A stretch of DNA of 64,000 nucleotides from Cycas panzhihuaensis (Eukaryota; Plantae; Cycadophyta). Of this stretch, positions 1 to 14,400 are shown in pieces. Position 1 is the first letter of the stretch, and the number at the start of each line of letters is the position of its first letter. The notes under the pieces were generated by a model. It did no database searches. It had not been told where the DNA came from and saw nothing but the letters and a program-made list of their open reading frames with translations. A program made the translations under genes and the position numbers. Location of the stretch: the NCBI GenBank assembly GCA_023213395.1, contig CM041465.1, positions 186,999,741 to 187,063,740 on the forward strand, written 5' to 3'.

Positions 1-511
1 AGCAATGGCTACATTATGACTTGCGGTTGCACATCACATGCACACACAATAACAACACTATAGCTAAAACAACATTTAAGGCATCCCACCATGGAAAAGC
101 ACTATGGCTTAATCTCAACAACACTTCAACTCAAATTATCATTCTAAGCATCCCACCATGAAAAATATATCAAGCCTCAAACCTTGGCATCACACTATGC
201 ATCACATCTCACCATGTCAAAAGGTATGTCCACATATGAGCTATGCCATCTGACCCAAAACTCCCTCGGTGTCTCACCAAGTCTTCTAACATCTCACCAA
301 AGTTAGCTAATTATGCTCACAACACAATAAAATAGAAGGCAATGTAGCTAGGCATTGGCCTCACATATCATCCACAGCAAAAATCCATCATGAATTCAAT
401 CACAAACATGCAAAAATCAAACGCCAAACTCAAGCAATAGTGCAAACAAAACACAATTTGAATTCACATATTTGGAGCCATTGAGTTAGGCCAATGGATA
501 AAGCATTGGAA

Positions 512-767
512 GAGTTTTCATATGCCAAGCACAATCACTCATGCTCAAAATTCGAGCTTCTAGTTCAAAACAAAGCCAAATCTCAATACATAAGTGAAAA
601 AATAATAATAATAATAAAGTGTCATCCCATTCCTATATATGATAAAGTGTCATCCCATTCCTATATATGATGAGTTTTCATATGCCAAGCACAATCACTC
701 ATGCTCAAAATTCGAGCTCAATACATAAGTGAAAAAATAATAATAATAATAAAGTGTCATCCCATTC
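512..767. repeat. Complex perfect local duplication (47-bp, 51-bp and 28-bp units)
   Basis: 512-558 = 672-718; 582-632 = 717-767; 28-bp unit ataaagtgtcatcccattcctatatatg in tandem at 614-641 and 642-669. Confidence 0.9.
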
Positions 768-768
768 T

Positions 769-3700
769 AGGCAGTGGCTAAGTTTTGCTTAAGGGTGTTT
801 AGGACTTTATCCATATCCTGGAGTTTTTGTTGTAGAGAAGCAGTTCGGATGTTGGTTACTAGAGTGTGATGGGATGATGGAGGGTAACCATAAATAGCCT
901 TAAATGGAGACATGCCTACAATCAAGAGGTGAGATCAGTTATACAAATACTCTACAAGGGCTAACAATGAGGTCCATTTAGCCCGATGATTGGAGGGAAA
1001 ACAATGCAAGCAGGTCTCTAGTGTCTTGTTAAGGACTTCAGATTGGGCCATCCATTTGTGGGTGATAAGTTGAACTCATGTTGAATGAAGTACTAGATGC
1101 TCGAAAAAGTTCCTGCCAAAATAAGCTAGTAAACTTAGGGTCTCGGTCACATACGATGGTTGAAGGAAACCCATGGAGGCGAAATACAGACTAGATGTAT
1201 AGGTCAGCGAGACATAGTGCTTTATAGGAAGTATGGACTGGTAGGAAATGTGCATATTTAGTCAACCTATCAATAACAACAAGGATAGAGCCAAACCCAA
1301 CAAATAGTGATAGGCTAGTGATGAAATCCATTGCAATATCCTACCATTTACCCTAAAGAATATGCAGAGATTAGAGAAGACCTAGTTGAGCCTTAGTGCC
1401 TGCCTTGTTTCGTTGATAGGTGTCACATTTTGAAACAAATGTAAAAAAGGTAGATTTCATGTGTGGCCAACAAAAGTCAACACGAATACACCGATATGTT
1501 TTGTCGAAACTAAAATGACCACCTAGAGGAGTGGAGTGATATTTAGACAAGATGCGGGGAATGAAAAGAGACGCAAGATGAACAAAAATGCAATTTTTAT
1601 ATAAAAGATTATTATTATGAATGGACCAATCTTTGTTGCTAAATGGACCTTGGTAATCCATTGGGAATAGTCAGGCTAGGACTGGTTCTCTGAAGCCAAC
1701 TTTGTAAACCAGGTTGGTTGAGGCTTGGTGATGGCATGAATGACGCATTCTAGCGAGGTGGCGAGATCAAGTGGAAGGCGAAAGAGGGCATCAACGACAA
1801 TATTATTTTTCCCCTTCTTATAAGTTATAATGAAATCGAACACTTCAAGGCAGTTGATCCACTTAGCCTGCTCTTCGGATAATGCTAGTTGGTCCAAAAT
1901 ATGACGAAGGTTGTGATAATCAGTCATAATAGTGAATTTAGAGCCAAGGAGATATTGACTCCACTTATCAACTGCATGCAAAATCGCTTTCATTTCTTTC
2001 TAATAAGTTGACAACTGACACTCATGGTCCCTGAGCATACAACTTTCAAATGCAATGGGATGAAAATTTTGCATGACGGCCACACTCAAGCCAAATCTTA
2101 AAGCATCACATTCAAGTTGGAAAGGTTGGGAGAAATTAGGAATGGCGAGCACTAGGGTAGAAGTCATAATTGTCTTAAGGTGATTAAAGGCATCATTTGC
2201 GTCTGAGGACCAATGAAATGAGTCTTTTTGAAGTAAGTCAATCAATGGGATGGCAAGAGAAGCATAATTTCTAACAAAACGTCAGTAGAATCCTATAAGG
2301 CCAAGGAAAGCTCATAGTTGAGTGAAGTTCCTAGGCATTAGCCAAGTGGCAATGACCAAAATTTTTTCTAGGTTAACTTGGATACCCTCCAACAAAATGA
2401 TGTTGCTTAGATACTGCAATTCAGATTTACCAAATTCACATTTGGAGAGCTTAGCATACAGTTGATGGGGGCTAAGAATCTAAAGAACAATTTCCAAATA
2501 GTGAAGTGGTGAGTCATATAGGAATTGTAAATAAGGATGTCATCAAAGAAGACAGTGACAAAGTTGCGAAGGTAGGGGGCAAAAAATTTATTTATTAGGG
2601 CCTAGAATGTGGCCAGGACATTACAAAGGCTAAAGGGCATGACTTGAAATTTGAAGTGGCCATGATGCATGCAAAAGGTCATCTTATGATGGTCTTCAAG
2701 GACAATAAAGATTTGGTAATAGCCTAATTGAAGATCTAATTTAGAGAATACAGCAGCACCATGAATTTCATCTAGCATGTCATCTATTCTCGAAGTTGGA
2801 AAGTTATTCTTTATTGTGATCTTATTAAGTTCATGGTAATACACACAAAGTCGAAAAGAACCATCCTTTTTTTTTAACAAGGACAATGGGTGCAACATAG
2901 GGACTTTTGTTAGGCTAGATGATTCCCATGTCCATTAATTCATTAGTGGTTTTTTCAATTTCATTTTTTTGGAAATAGGAATTCCAATAAGGCCTAAGGC
3001 CAATGGGACCATGAGGGGACTTGAGCTCAATAGAGTGGTGAAAGCCATGATCTAAAGGGGGTGTGGCTGGAAGGAGGACAAATACAGATTAGCATTTGGT
3101 TATAAGGTTTTAGATGTCTAGATGGATGTTAGGGTGTGCTTGGATGTTGATGATGCGAACTATATAACCAAGACTGCTATTCGAGTGTTTCTACATTTGG
3201 CTTGGGGAGACAAGCTTATTAGGGGGAGATTGGATAGCATGCAATTTGTGAGTTTGGCCTATATTATCTTTAAATAATTTGAAGGGGTTATTAGGTGAAT
3301 TGTTGGTGCTATATGTACTTAGAGTCTGGAGCCATTGAACCCCAAGGATAGCATATAATCCTTCTATAAATAAAGCATAGAAATCAAAGATTAAATGGTA
3401 GGTGCCAATCTAAATATGCAATTTTTTTATGGTCTTGGCACAGTGCAAAGTGTAATAACTGAGTAAAGAACAAGTAAATCCAATTTTGGAAACAATATAA
3501 AAATCGAATTGTCTTGCCAAAGATGTGTCAACGAAGTTTAACAATGTGCCACCGTCGATCAAAATTGTGATGGGAGTTTTTTGGAGTTGGTCTTTTACTC
3601 AAAGTGGTTATGGACAAGATGTGGAAGAGACGGCTAACAGAGAGACTTCTAGTTGGAGTTCTAGAGAGGATTCTTGGGAGGGATCATCATTGAGCTTGTT

Positions 3701-4760
3701 CTCCATATCTAAATCTTCTTCTAATGAAGGATCAATAGTAAAGACCATATGTTTGCCTCCAAGAGTCCATTTCTCTGAGCACTTTACACAAAGAATAGTT
3801 TTCATACATTTGTTTGCTTTCGTTGTTGGGACATGTACTGGCTTTGTTAGAGGCTTCAATGTTGAATATTGAGCCCCATCTGATCTAGTCCATTGGTGTT
3901 GTTGGTTCGTGTGTCAAGGATGTTGGTACTATGCGCAATCACACCTGAAAAAAGTTGAACACTTTATTGCGAAGTCTGCCTTGACTACCTTTGCCATACA
4001 AATAGCTTCCCTTAAACTAAGTAAAGTAGCCACATTTAGGCACATTCAAATGCGCTCCTTAAGCCCAAACACATAAACATCAATTAGTGTTTGTCTATCG
4101 AGTGGTTGGGAAACTCGATTTTGAAGTGCTTGGAATTCCTCAACGTATGTCTTCATTGATGTTGTATGACTTAGATGGGTGAGTTAGTTGAAGAGCGATC
4201 GGTTGCATGTGCCTTCGTATTGTTCAAAGAAGTTCTTGCATAATAATGCCTAGTTTTGCTTTGTTGGATTCTCACATTGCCACTAATGAAACCAATGGTG
4301 TACCTTTCCATCTAAGTAAATTGATGCGAAGAATAACTATTCTCCAAAAGACAAAGGATTTAAAGAGAAATATAATTCCAACTTGCTTATCCAACTTCTT
4401 GTAGTGTCCATATTGAGATCGAGGCCAAATGTTAGAATTGTAATCTTATGATGAAATGGTTGTAGCCATGGTAAAGGTGTGGGAATGTGAGGTGGAGGTG
4501 AGGTGCCTATTGTGTTTGAAGTGGATGCCATGTTGGATACCAACATAGATATCTGGATGGTCAACTTCATAAGTTCATTGGATGTGTTGTCTTGATTCTA
4601 ATCTACTTTATCGTATGTCTGATCCAACATGTCCAATCCCTGACTAAAATCATTGGTCTGGTTATCGATTCAGTGATTGAAATCATTGCTTTTGTGAGTC
4701 ACATCTACGAATTGAGTCTCAAGAGCTTGGAAACAATATGCTTGTGTGGAAGCCATTGAG
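769..4760 (-). mobile_element. Degenerate Ty3/Gypsy internal region F (gag-PR-RT-RNaseH-INT), truncated in integrase at ~769; LTRs not found
   Basis: Minus-strand fragments: gag (WISKLELYFSL), protease region ~3400-3600, RT (KKKDGSFRLCV..IDDMLDEIHGAAVFSKLDL..VMPFSLCN), RH (FQLECDA; YKKGKNNIVVDAL), integrase zinc finger (HSTPLGGH..CDTYQRNK). Many stops and frameshifts. Confidence 0.85.
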
Positions 4761-7700
4761 GAGAGATGCCCTGCTATAACAGAAAGAAAGGGATTTAAGA
4801 AAAGGGGATAAAGGAAAAAGAAGGGAGTTCAAGAAAAGGGTATTAGATAAATAGAATGGGAGTAAAGAGCTAGGGAATAGTGCAGACAAGGTGGGGGGTG
4901 GGTCTATAACTTATTAACCCCCTAAAATTTATAATAAATTCAAAGTGCAAAAAGCTCGTCAAAATGGTGTGGGCGAGTTTCAAGTGTGAAAATTGGGCTC
5001 TGGGGCCTATGGGGTGCCTATTCACCATTTTACCTTAAAAATTTAGATTAAAACTAACCTAGTGGAAAACAATCAATGCGACGTGCTCATTAAAATATGA
5101 TGTATAAAAAATAAGGGTAAAATTTGAATTGTGGACTTTGGCACAGAATTTGAGTCCAAAAAATTGATGTATGTAGAAATGACCCTATGGAGGTATAAGC
5201 CTGTGGGCAGTTTTTTTTTCCTTTTTCAATAGAGTGAAAACTTCTAGACTTGTAACTAAAAGTTTAAACAGGAAGGAATCTACAAATAGAGTTTAAATGA
5301 TTTGCCTTAGTTGTTGTTGTGGTGATATGTAACTTTTACTGCAGCGACTTCGTAACCTTCTTTGTTCTTTATGTTTTGTTGATGGTAGATTGCAATTTGA
5401 TTATGGTATTTGATCAACAGTATGTCAATGCAAAATTGTATTTAGGCAACCAACCTTGAGTAGACCCTTAACATAGGGTTTGCCTAGTCTATAGGCCCTT
5501 CAATAAGCTTCTCAATCATTACTAATGCTCGACCTAATCTCTCAGGGCACTAAATACAAAGGTTCATTGTACTCATATCCACAATAGTCATGTTGAGGTG
5601 TATGAGAAAGATAGCTTCCTGACGCTAACTGCTGAATAGTGCACTACAAATTTTCAATAGTCAATAGATTTCCTACTTTATGATAGGGAAGGAACCCTAA
5701 CGAGGTCCTCCTATATACATGAAGGTATGTGGAAGCTCACTTCCATATGCAAGTGCCGTCTAAGGCCTATGTAAGTAAGTAACTTGCTTCACTTCATATA
5801 CTAGCATATACCCAAGTATGCTTGCCTAAGAACAACAACTACCCATGGATTTTTAAATGCCCCTAGAATAGGGTATCTACCTAAACTTTCTTAAAAAAAT
5901 AAAAAGGTTGAAAAAGGGCTTGTTGATTTTCCTCAATCTCTGCAAATGATGAGAGAACAATGTAGAGAGAGTACTCGAACAAAAAATAACAAATAAGCAA
6001 AACGAACAAAGGTGAGGGTTTTAGATTTTTTTCATTGTAGAAAAAAAAAATTCCAATTTTTCAACTCCTCTTGCTATTCTACTTCTTCACGATTGCATCT
6101 TGTTGCTTTAGATGGTCCTACTAACTAAGCTCTATTACCACTTCGGATGCTATCACCTCGATATTCCGTACAAAATAAGGAATCAAATAGCTCAAAGGAC
6201 ATAATATAGGCAGCAATGGACTCTCTTTATATATCAATGTGAACCAATTTATAAAATATGGACACTTACAAAGACACCAAAAGATCACTAAAAAGATGTA
6301 CAACGATACATTCTTACAAGACTAATACTACACAACAACCTCACTTTACATTCAACAGGCCTTAAATAGACAAGAAAGGATTCTTACATTGAATACCATT
6401 GGCAGACAAGTGGCCTTCAATTCTATTGGTGGACATAAGCGGCCTCACGCACAAAAGTTAATGGCTAGCACTAACCGCCATGTTCCTCAATTACATGTGC
6501 TAGCAATCAAGTTCCATTGATGGCAAGCAAATACATAACATGCATAGAACGTTCACCTCAATGTTACATAAAATAATACCACAATATCTATAATGTATCA
6601 AGGGGCACCCCTCACACCCAATGGGTAATGTCACTAGGTTCCCATTTTACAACAAAATGAGCGATTACACCTTAATATAACATGAAACATAAAATGACAA
6701 AATACACAATAAAATGTATACAATGAAATGTATAAGGTATACCATGGGGTGTCATATATAGACTTCCTAAGATGATTTATTCCTGACTATGTAGGATCAA
6801 TTCTAACAAAATCAAGGATGGCATTCATAATAGAAACAATTATATTATTTTGATTTGGAATTTCTATAGTAGGATTTTCAATCTTGTCCTCCACTTCTGT
6901 TGGATAGTCCATACTATCAATTATTATCTCTTCTAGATTTGGCATACATTCATAAATGGATTCATCACCTACACTAACGTCAATACTAAATGACTCATCT
7001 ACATCTTCAAAAAATTCATCATCACTATCACTACTATTAAAGTGACTATTACTACCTACACATGTATATTGGTTAATGTTATTATTATTATTAATATTAT
7101 CATTGTCACATATAATTGACATATGCAAACATTCAAATGACAATTTATTTACCTTAGAGGTTCATTGAAGCCAACTTGCTTCAAAGTCTAGGTCAAGCTA
7201 CAAATCTCCATGGTAGTTGGGATCTTATTCATAGGTTTATTCATAGTAATGCCCTCTTCCATGCATCAAGATGTTGTGGCTTCATCAAAGGAAGTAGTGG
7301 TTCATTCACTACCAATAGTTGTGCTCAAACCTTTATCAAGTATCTTTTTTATCATTGTTACTATGCATGTCATGGGCAACAATATAGTTCTCCCATTATG
7401 AGTTAAGGTGAGTGTCCACTTTTTCCATTTTACAAGCTCCCAATGTCATATAGCCATGATCGTCTGAGTAATGCAAGGTATGACAATCCCATCTCTATTA
7501 TGGTGAACTTGAGGCTCACTAGTATGCCAATAATGTCCATCTCCAAGTTTAAGACCAATCTAAAGGGCTTGATCCATAATTAATTGGCTAGTTTGATTGA
7601 ATACACTACAACTACCATCTTAGGTTACCCTAGTCTCCTCCAGGTATGTTTTGCCAACACATTGGCTATGGAATTGCCATCCACAATTATATTTTCTATC

Positions 7701-9169
7701 ATCTCTTTTAGTATGATCATTGTAATAGTTGGGTCTCTATCTACTAACAATAAGAGATTATTATACCTAGGGCCACTCCTAGTTTCTACAACTATAACAC
7801 CCATGTTTCTAATCAATTTCACACTTTCATCTGGGGGATCGTTAGTCCCAATTACTCTACTAGGTGTTTAACTAAAATGTTTTTAGAATAATTGTTCAAC
7901 TGGGAATAGAACAAACAAACTTCTCTATGGTTCTATATTTATCGTTGCTAGCTTCTCCCTTGGTGGAGCGATGAGTGGAACCTTTGCCGAACTATTTCTA
8001 GGTAACCCCTTCTCTTATAGAATTTTATAATTTCTAACATGGGTAGGATTGGTCAATTAACTTATGCTTCCTTCGCAGCTTGCTCAATGACTCGATTGGC
8101 TTCTACTTCCCTCGCAACTTGTTCTATGGCTTTATTTATAGTAGCAAAATAATCAATCTTCGCTTTAGCATTAAAATGATCTGATTTTGCCACCTTAGCC
8201 TTACCTTTTGTTCCACTCCATGTTTGTAAGATAAGTAGTCCCACTACCCTAGGATTGTCCAGTGCTATTGTCATTAGGCGCTACTAGTCTTAACATTATT
8301 GAGGCAATTTTCAAAATTGTGGTTCCCTAATCCACACTTTGGCATATGTGGGAGCTCTCATTTTTTGCCTTCTCATATGGACCCTCAGCAAGCCAATGGC
8401 CAAACACTAAGCAAAACATACATCTTCCAATCTGTGTGCTTATTGGCCTATGTCTACTACATAATAGTCTTGTAATCAGAATAGAACAGTAGCACAAAGA
8501 TCAACCAAAGCGAACACAAACCATGATCATTGTATTAACAATAGGTCACATCTGGTCCTTTCACAACCAGACGCAAACCCAAAACAATACACAAGATTGC
8601 AACTAACGCAATACAGTAGGACTTTATTTACAATATGTATAGGCGCACAGCATTTAGTACTCTAATTCTAACCAATAGCTCATGCACACGCATATATGTT
8701 ATGACTACCCATTACATTATTTATATTTTGGTATGTCGTTCTGTGACTATCGAGTACTAGAATAGTTGTGGGTTTACAATTGGTTGCAACTACTTCCAAC
8801 AATTTGTTGCTTCTGTTGTGGTTGCTCGAACCATTATTACTAAGGCCGATGTAACTACATCCTAAATCACAATCAATACGCCCGACATTGCAACCAATTG
8901 GTCATAACTGACTTCCCCTTGAGTTTTGTCTTCCCATGGCCTTCAATTCAGGTTGCAACTGACATGATTTCTTAGCACACATCTCCCCTGTCACTATTCC
9001 CATAGGTGCCTTCACTCGTACAAAATTTCAAATTTTTCAAAATTCCTTTCCTCACCCCCCTTAAATTTTTTAAATTCAACTATGGACTACAATTGCTATT
9101 GAATTTTCATCATTTCCTGTCGAACAGTCTATGGATCAGGTCATCGCACAATACTAGGTGGAGAATTGC

Positions 9170-10960
9170 CATGACTCCTACAATGGTCATATAAAATTCC
9201 TACATCCCGCAATGCTTTCAGTTCAACCATAGTAGGGTTTTCTCTTGAATGCAATTCTTCAATCTCACTCCTTCAATTCATTGTTCAATAGTTGAGTAGA
9301 GGCCAATTGTTTTTTGTAATGATGTAATCATAGTCCAATATTTGTTAACATGTGCTGCGTCATGTCATGTTTGCAAGATCCAACCCCTCAACTTATATAT
9401 TACCCTTTCTTGCCTTGGTGGAATCTGTTTATTAAATTGACCTTGAAAATCTTCACCTAATGTTCCACCCTTGAAACATCATCCACCCAGTGCATTACAA
9501 ATTTTATCAAGAATTCTAATTTTGCTTCACAAGCTGCCAGTTGATCTTCTGCCTTCTGTACTCACAAATTATCGGGCGGTGAATGCTTATTCCGAGTTTC
9601 CAATTCAGCGACTAACTATTAAATAACTTTTGCTAAGAAAGAAGTTTTCTAATGTGCCACGTTGTGTGTCTTACATTCCATAGGGTCTATTCCTTCCTCC
9701 AAAAACTCTTCATTGGGATTAAAATCAACTCCAACAAGTTGATTGTTCAGAATTTTTATTATTTCTTCTTTCCTTCTCTCAGTTGTTAGCTTCCTCTTTC
9801 TTTTTCTTCTCTTCCTCAGTGTTTAGGACCTTAGTTGATTGCGGTTCTTGCTGAGATTCTTCCTCCTGAATCTCTTCTTTAATGAGTGCCCTGCCATCTT
9901 TCCTTTTACTTCCCTTTTTAAATTTCCTCCCTTTTCTTTCTGCCCCTCTTTTCCACATCTTTGCTTGTCTCCTTCTATTTTTCCTCTTTTCTTTTTTGCT
10001 TCTATACTTTGGCTAGCGAGGATGCCTCTTCTTGCTGCCTTTTCTTTCCTCCTTTTTCTTTTAGAGAAGGCTGGGGACTACTTGATTACTTTTTCTGCAA
10101 GATCTAGTTCTTCACATACTCGTGGACTTGGGTTAACCATTCTTTGTCCTACACCCGTTTTTTTAAGTATTCTGTCCAATTGACTAGGATAGATTATCCC
10201 TGTTCTTGTCAATGTAAATCTGTTCTCAATGTAAATCAAGACCTAGACACTAAGAACATGACAACCCTTGGAAGAGAGTTTGATGGTAAAACATTGCGAA
10301 CTATGTGCTAATTTTAATATTATTCAATTTTTCAAGGACTTTAGCAGACACAAAGGAAGCTCACCTAAAATTTTCTCCTTACGCTACCCCTAGAAGCATT
10401 GAATGCATCTCAGTTGGCACATATAGATTTTTTTGACTTAAAATTACTCGAGTGAAGATGAAATGGGTGACCCACCACCGTTATTCAGATACAATACTCG
10501 CAATGTGAATTCCTGAAGTTGAAGCATTCGACTCCTAGGCTCCCAACTGCTACGTTGCTTGCTTACGAGTAATTCATTTATCCTTTGGTACATCTTCACC
10601 CATATCTGGTAGTCCCGTAATGTGGGCTATTACCTTTGGAGACATATCAAGTAACTTGGACTGCTGTGCAACCAACTAACCATCGTAGTCCGGAAATTAA
10701 ACACAATAAAAAGCAGTCCTACTTGTATGCACCAAGCAAACCCTGCCTTCGTCAAATTTATCTTGCGATCATCTATTGGTAGCATAGTAGCCTACTTCGC
10801 CCAAATTCTTTCATCGTTTGTTTCTCAAAATCCAATATTAAACTCGGGGATGTCTTCCATTCTGCAAATACTATGTTGGTTAATTCTACCATGAACTTCA
10901 GATGCTTGCTTTTATTGGTCCTAATTTGCCACTTTTCATCGTTGTTGGTTGCTTTCAATG
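9170..10960 (-). pseudogene. Decayed extra ORF downstream of pol in element H
   Basis: One frame reads LLDMSPKVIAHITGLPDMGEDVP..RWWVTHFIFTRVIL..GENFR*ASFVSAKVLEKL, followed by a K/E-rich segment. The stops are C>T or G>A type. Confidence 0.55.
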
Positions 10961-11373
10961 GAGTCGTTATTTATCCTATTCACCTTGTGCGGCCATCATC
11001 ATTTGTAGTATAGGTTGTCACATTTGTGCCTTAGCTACAACCAAATCATAGCTTTGATCTCCATCATTGTTATCCAACCACCAGTATGCATGATGGCCAC
11101 TTGTCTAATTTAATGTTAATCATATCTTTGAAAATCTTGCCATGCCGTTAACCATCATGTCAATTATGGCCTTTTGTCAGTTCATAATTATTAGTTTTTT
11201 TTATTCTTATATGGTGTGTCCAATTAGTCATACTACCAAGTTACATCCATATTGCAACTATGTCTCTGTCCTCGTTGCTCATGTAGTTGCCATTGTCACT
11301 GCCTAGGGGGTAATCATAATTGCAACTGTCTTCATTCACGGTCACAACTAAGGTTACAAGTTACCGCGGCAAT

Positions 11374-11461
11374 TGTAGCCATCCTTGTACGAGGCTGCAA
11401 CTATCCTCGTGCAAGGTTACAACTATCCTCGTGCAGTGTTGCAACTGTCCTCGTGCAAGGT
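11374..11461. repeat. 22-bp minisatellite, about 4 copies, in the 3' spacer of element H
   Basis: Units like tgcaactatcctcgtgcaaggt at 11374, 11396, 11418 and 11440. Confidence 0.85.
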
Positions 11462-14400
11462 TGTAGCTAAGGTTACAACCATCTTACAGTTGCAACTCTT
11501 GTTCAAAGTCCCAACCATCCTTGTCGAGGTTTCACTACAGTTATTAATTTGACATCAAATGCTTTGGTCGCAATTGGTATTCTAGTTGCAATTGGCACTT
11601 TGAAAGGTCTGCAAAACAATTCATGGTAATAACAATTTCCTATACTTCATATGATTAAGGGGTCTCCTGTCCCTATGGTTTGGGTCCTTTTTTCCTTTTT
11701 TTATACTTACTATGTACCACTTCAATCAACTTCCAATGACTGTTTTATTAAACATTCCATTTAATTATTGAAGTTGTACAACCCCATTTTGTTTAATATG
11801 ATTTACCTTATATGGAACCAAACATACTTTATTTTACCTAGTTTCATGCAAAACTTGCTATCATACAAAAGTACTAAATCTCCCTGCTAGTATTGAGGCA
11901 TTTTCAAATGTCAATCATGCCATACGTTATGCCTCTCCTTTTCTGCTTTCAATTCCCACAAGGTTGTTGCTTGTCATTCGTCCATCTTCATCAATTCCAC
12001 AAACCGTTGATCTCTCGAGTCCTTTTCTGATAATCGTAGCTAAACTGCTACTCTCAAGCTTTCTGTTTGGAACTCCAAAGGAAATACAACCTCCAACCCA
12101 TAAACTAGCTAGAATGGTGTTTGTTTATGTGGTCTTTTTATCACTGTTCTATCTACCCACAGCACCAAATGCACCTGTTCTGCCCTATCCATTCTTCCTT
12201 CATTGCAAATCTTGGGCAAGGCTAGCTTTAAGATTTTATTGGTGCTTTCTACTTGCCCATTTGCCTATGGATAATATGGGAAAGATTTGTAATGTTGAAT
12301 CATGAATTCTTTTGTGAGGCACCTAATAGTCTGGTTCAAAAAACTACTTCCTTGATCCGACATGATTTCCAAAGGGCATCCAAAACAAACAACGATAGTC
12401 CCATACAAAAATCTAGCTATACTTTGAGCATCACATGTGTTCATAGGTCTAGCTTCGATCCATTTAGTCAAGAAATCCACAGCAACCAATATATATCTAG
12501 CATTGGTCCGTCTGGCTGGTGGACTAATTGGTCTGACAAAATCCAGCCCCAACTTCTCGAATGAAGCTTGTGTTAGCATAGGATGTAAAGGCATGAAATG
12601 ATTCTTACCCGACTCACCTACACATTGACATGCATCACAACTATAGACCCATTTTTCTGTATCCTCAAACAATGTGAGCCAACATAGCCTTGCTAGTAAT
12701 ATCTTTCTGGCAATTGGTTCTACACCTTGATGTTTTGTTGCCACACCTTCATGGACTTCTCGTATTATCGCCCCCACTTCATGTTCCATTATACATCTCC
12801 TCGAGACATCATCTGGTCCTAACTTGTACAACATTCCTTGAATTAATTGGAATTGAAAAGCTTTTTGGATAAAGCTCTACCGCTCTACACATTCCATCCC
12901 TAGCAGTGTTTGCCCTGTAGTGAGATATTGTGCAATGTCTTCATACCACTTTGGTACTACTCAATAGAAAATAGACCTGTATCAAGAAAATCATCATGCA
13001 CCCCATTGGCAGATTCTCCTTCTACTTCCCTTGACAGCAAGTCTAGAATCATATGCTTTTCTCCCTTCTTCACTATGATTTTAAAATTAAATTCCTGAAA
13101 CAACATCATCCATCAGTTGATTCTACCTTGCAAAATGGGTTTGGTAACTAGATATTGTAAGGCCTGATGATCAACAAAAAAGATGAATGGATTAGCTAAT
13201 AAATAGTATCTAAATTTCTGTAAGACATAAAACATGCATAGGCCTTCTTGTTCCGTAACTAAGTAATTCTACTTTGCTTCTGTCAATTTCTAACTTGCAA
13301 AGTAAATAGGCAGATCTACATTACTGTCCGTTGGTTGTGCTAGCACACATCCAATGGTAAACAAGGATGCATCAACATGCACATGGAAAAGTTTCTCCCA
13401 ATCAAGAAATCTCAACACTAATGCCTGAGCAACTTTCTTCTTTAATAAATCAAAAGTAAGTTGTTGTTGCAACTTCCATTGCCATATGGACTTCTTTTTT
13501 AGCAAACTTTCTAAGGGATTGGCTATTTGGGCATAATTCTTTATAAATTTTCTATAGTACCTTGTCATTCCTAAGAATCCTTTGACTTGCTTGGGTGTCT
13601 TTAGCACTGAAAAATTTAGAACTACTGCCACTTTGTTGGGATTAGTCAACAACCCATTCTTAGTGACTACATGACCTAACAAAGACCCAAAAGGAACCAT
13701 GAATGTACATTTGGCAGGATTAAGGCACAAATTGCTCTTCCTACAAGTTTCCAGCATCAAATGAAGACTGTCAAGACAGTTTTTAAGCAAAGTATAGAGT
13801 GTCCAATCATCTAAAAATACTTCAATCATTTTCCCAATGGTTTGCTTAAAGATGTTGAGAATCACTCTTTGAAATGTGACAGAAGCATTGGTCAGATTGA
13901 AAGGCATGACCCTAAATGCATGCGTGCCCCATTCTGTGACAAAAGTCGTCTTTAACCGATCCTTAGGTGCAATTCAAACTTGATTGTATCCATTGAAGTC
14001 ATCCGTGAAGGAGTAAACCTCATGCCCTACAACTTTCTCCAGAATGTCCTCAATAAAGGGAATGGAAAATGGATCTTTCTTAGTTGCCTTGTTTAGAGCT
14101 TTGTAGTCAACACAAACTCCAAGTTTCCCATTCTTCTCTGGGACCACTACAATTGGACTCACCCATTCACTATTTTCTACTTCAAAAATATAATCTAGCT
14201 CAAGTAGCTTGTCAAGTTTAACCTTTACCTTTTCATTATACTTGAGATTCATGCAATAAGGGCATTGTCTCACTGGCTTAGCTACTTCCACTGGCTGTAT
14301 CTTATGTTCACCGAGTTTAGATAGGATGCCTTTTAAGTCCTTATAGGACCAGGCAAAGACATCTTTATACTCCAAAAATAATGAAGTGGCCTGCTACACA

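Noticed and set aside
5400-6700. Possible LTR of element F or G
   Set aside because: No partner repeat, TSD or convincing PBS/PPT could be matched by eye.
9839-10183. Hydrophobic F/L-rich 114-aa plus-strand ORF resembling a membrane or env protein
   Set aside because: It is the antisense shadow of a purine-rich K/E-coding stretch of the minus-strand extra ORF of element H.
11252-11470. Cys-rich metallothionein-like 72-aa ORF
   Set aside because: It arises from TGC/TGT-rich minisatellite DNA and has no ATG start or gene context.
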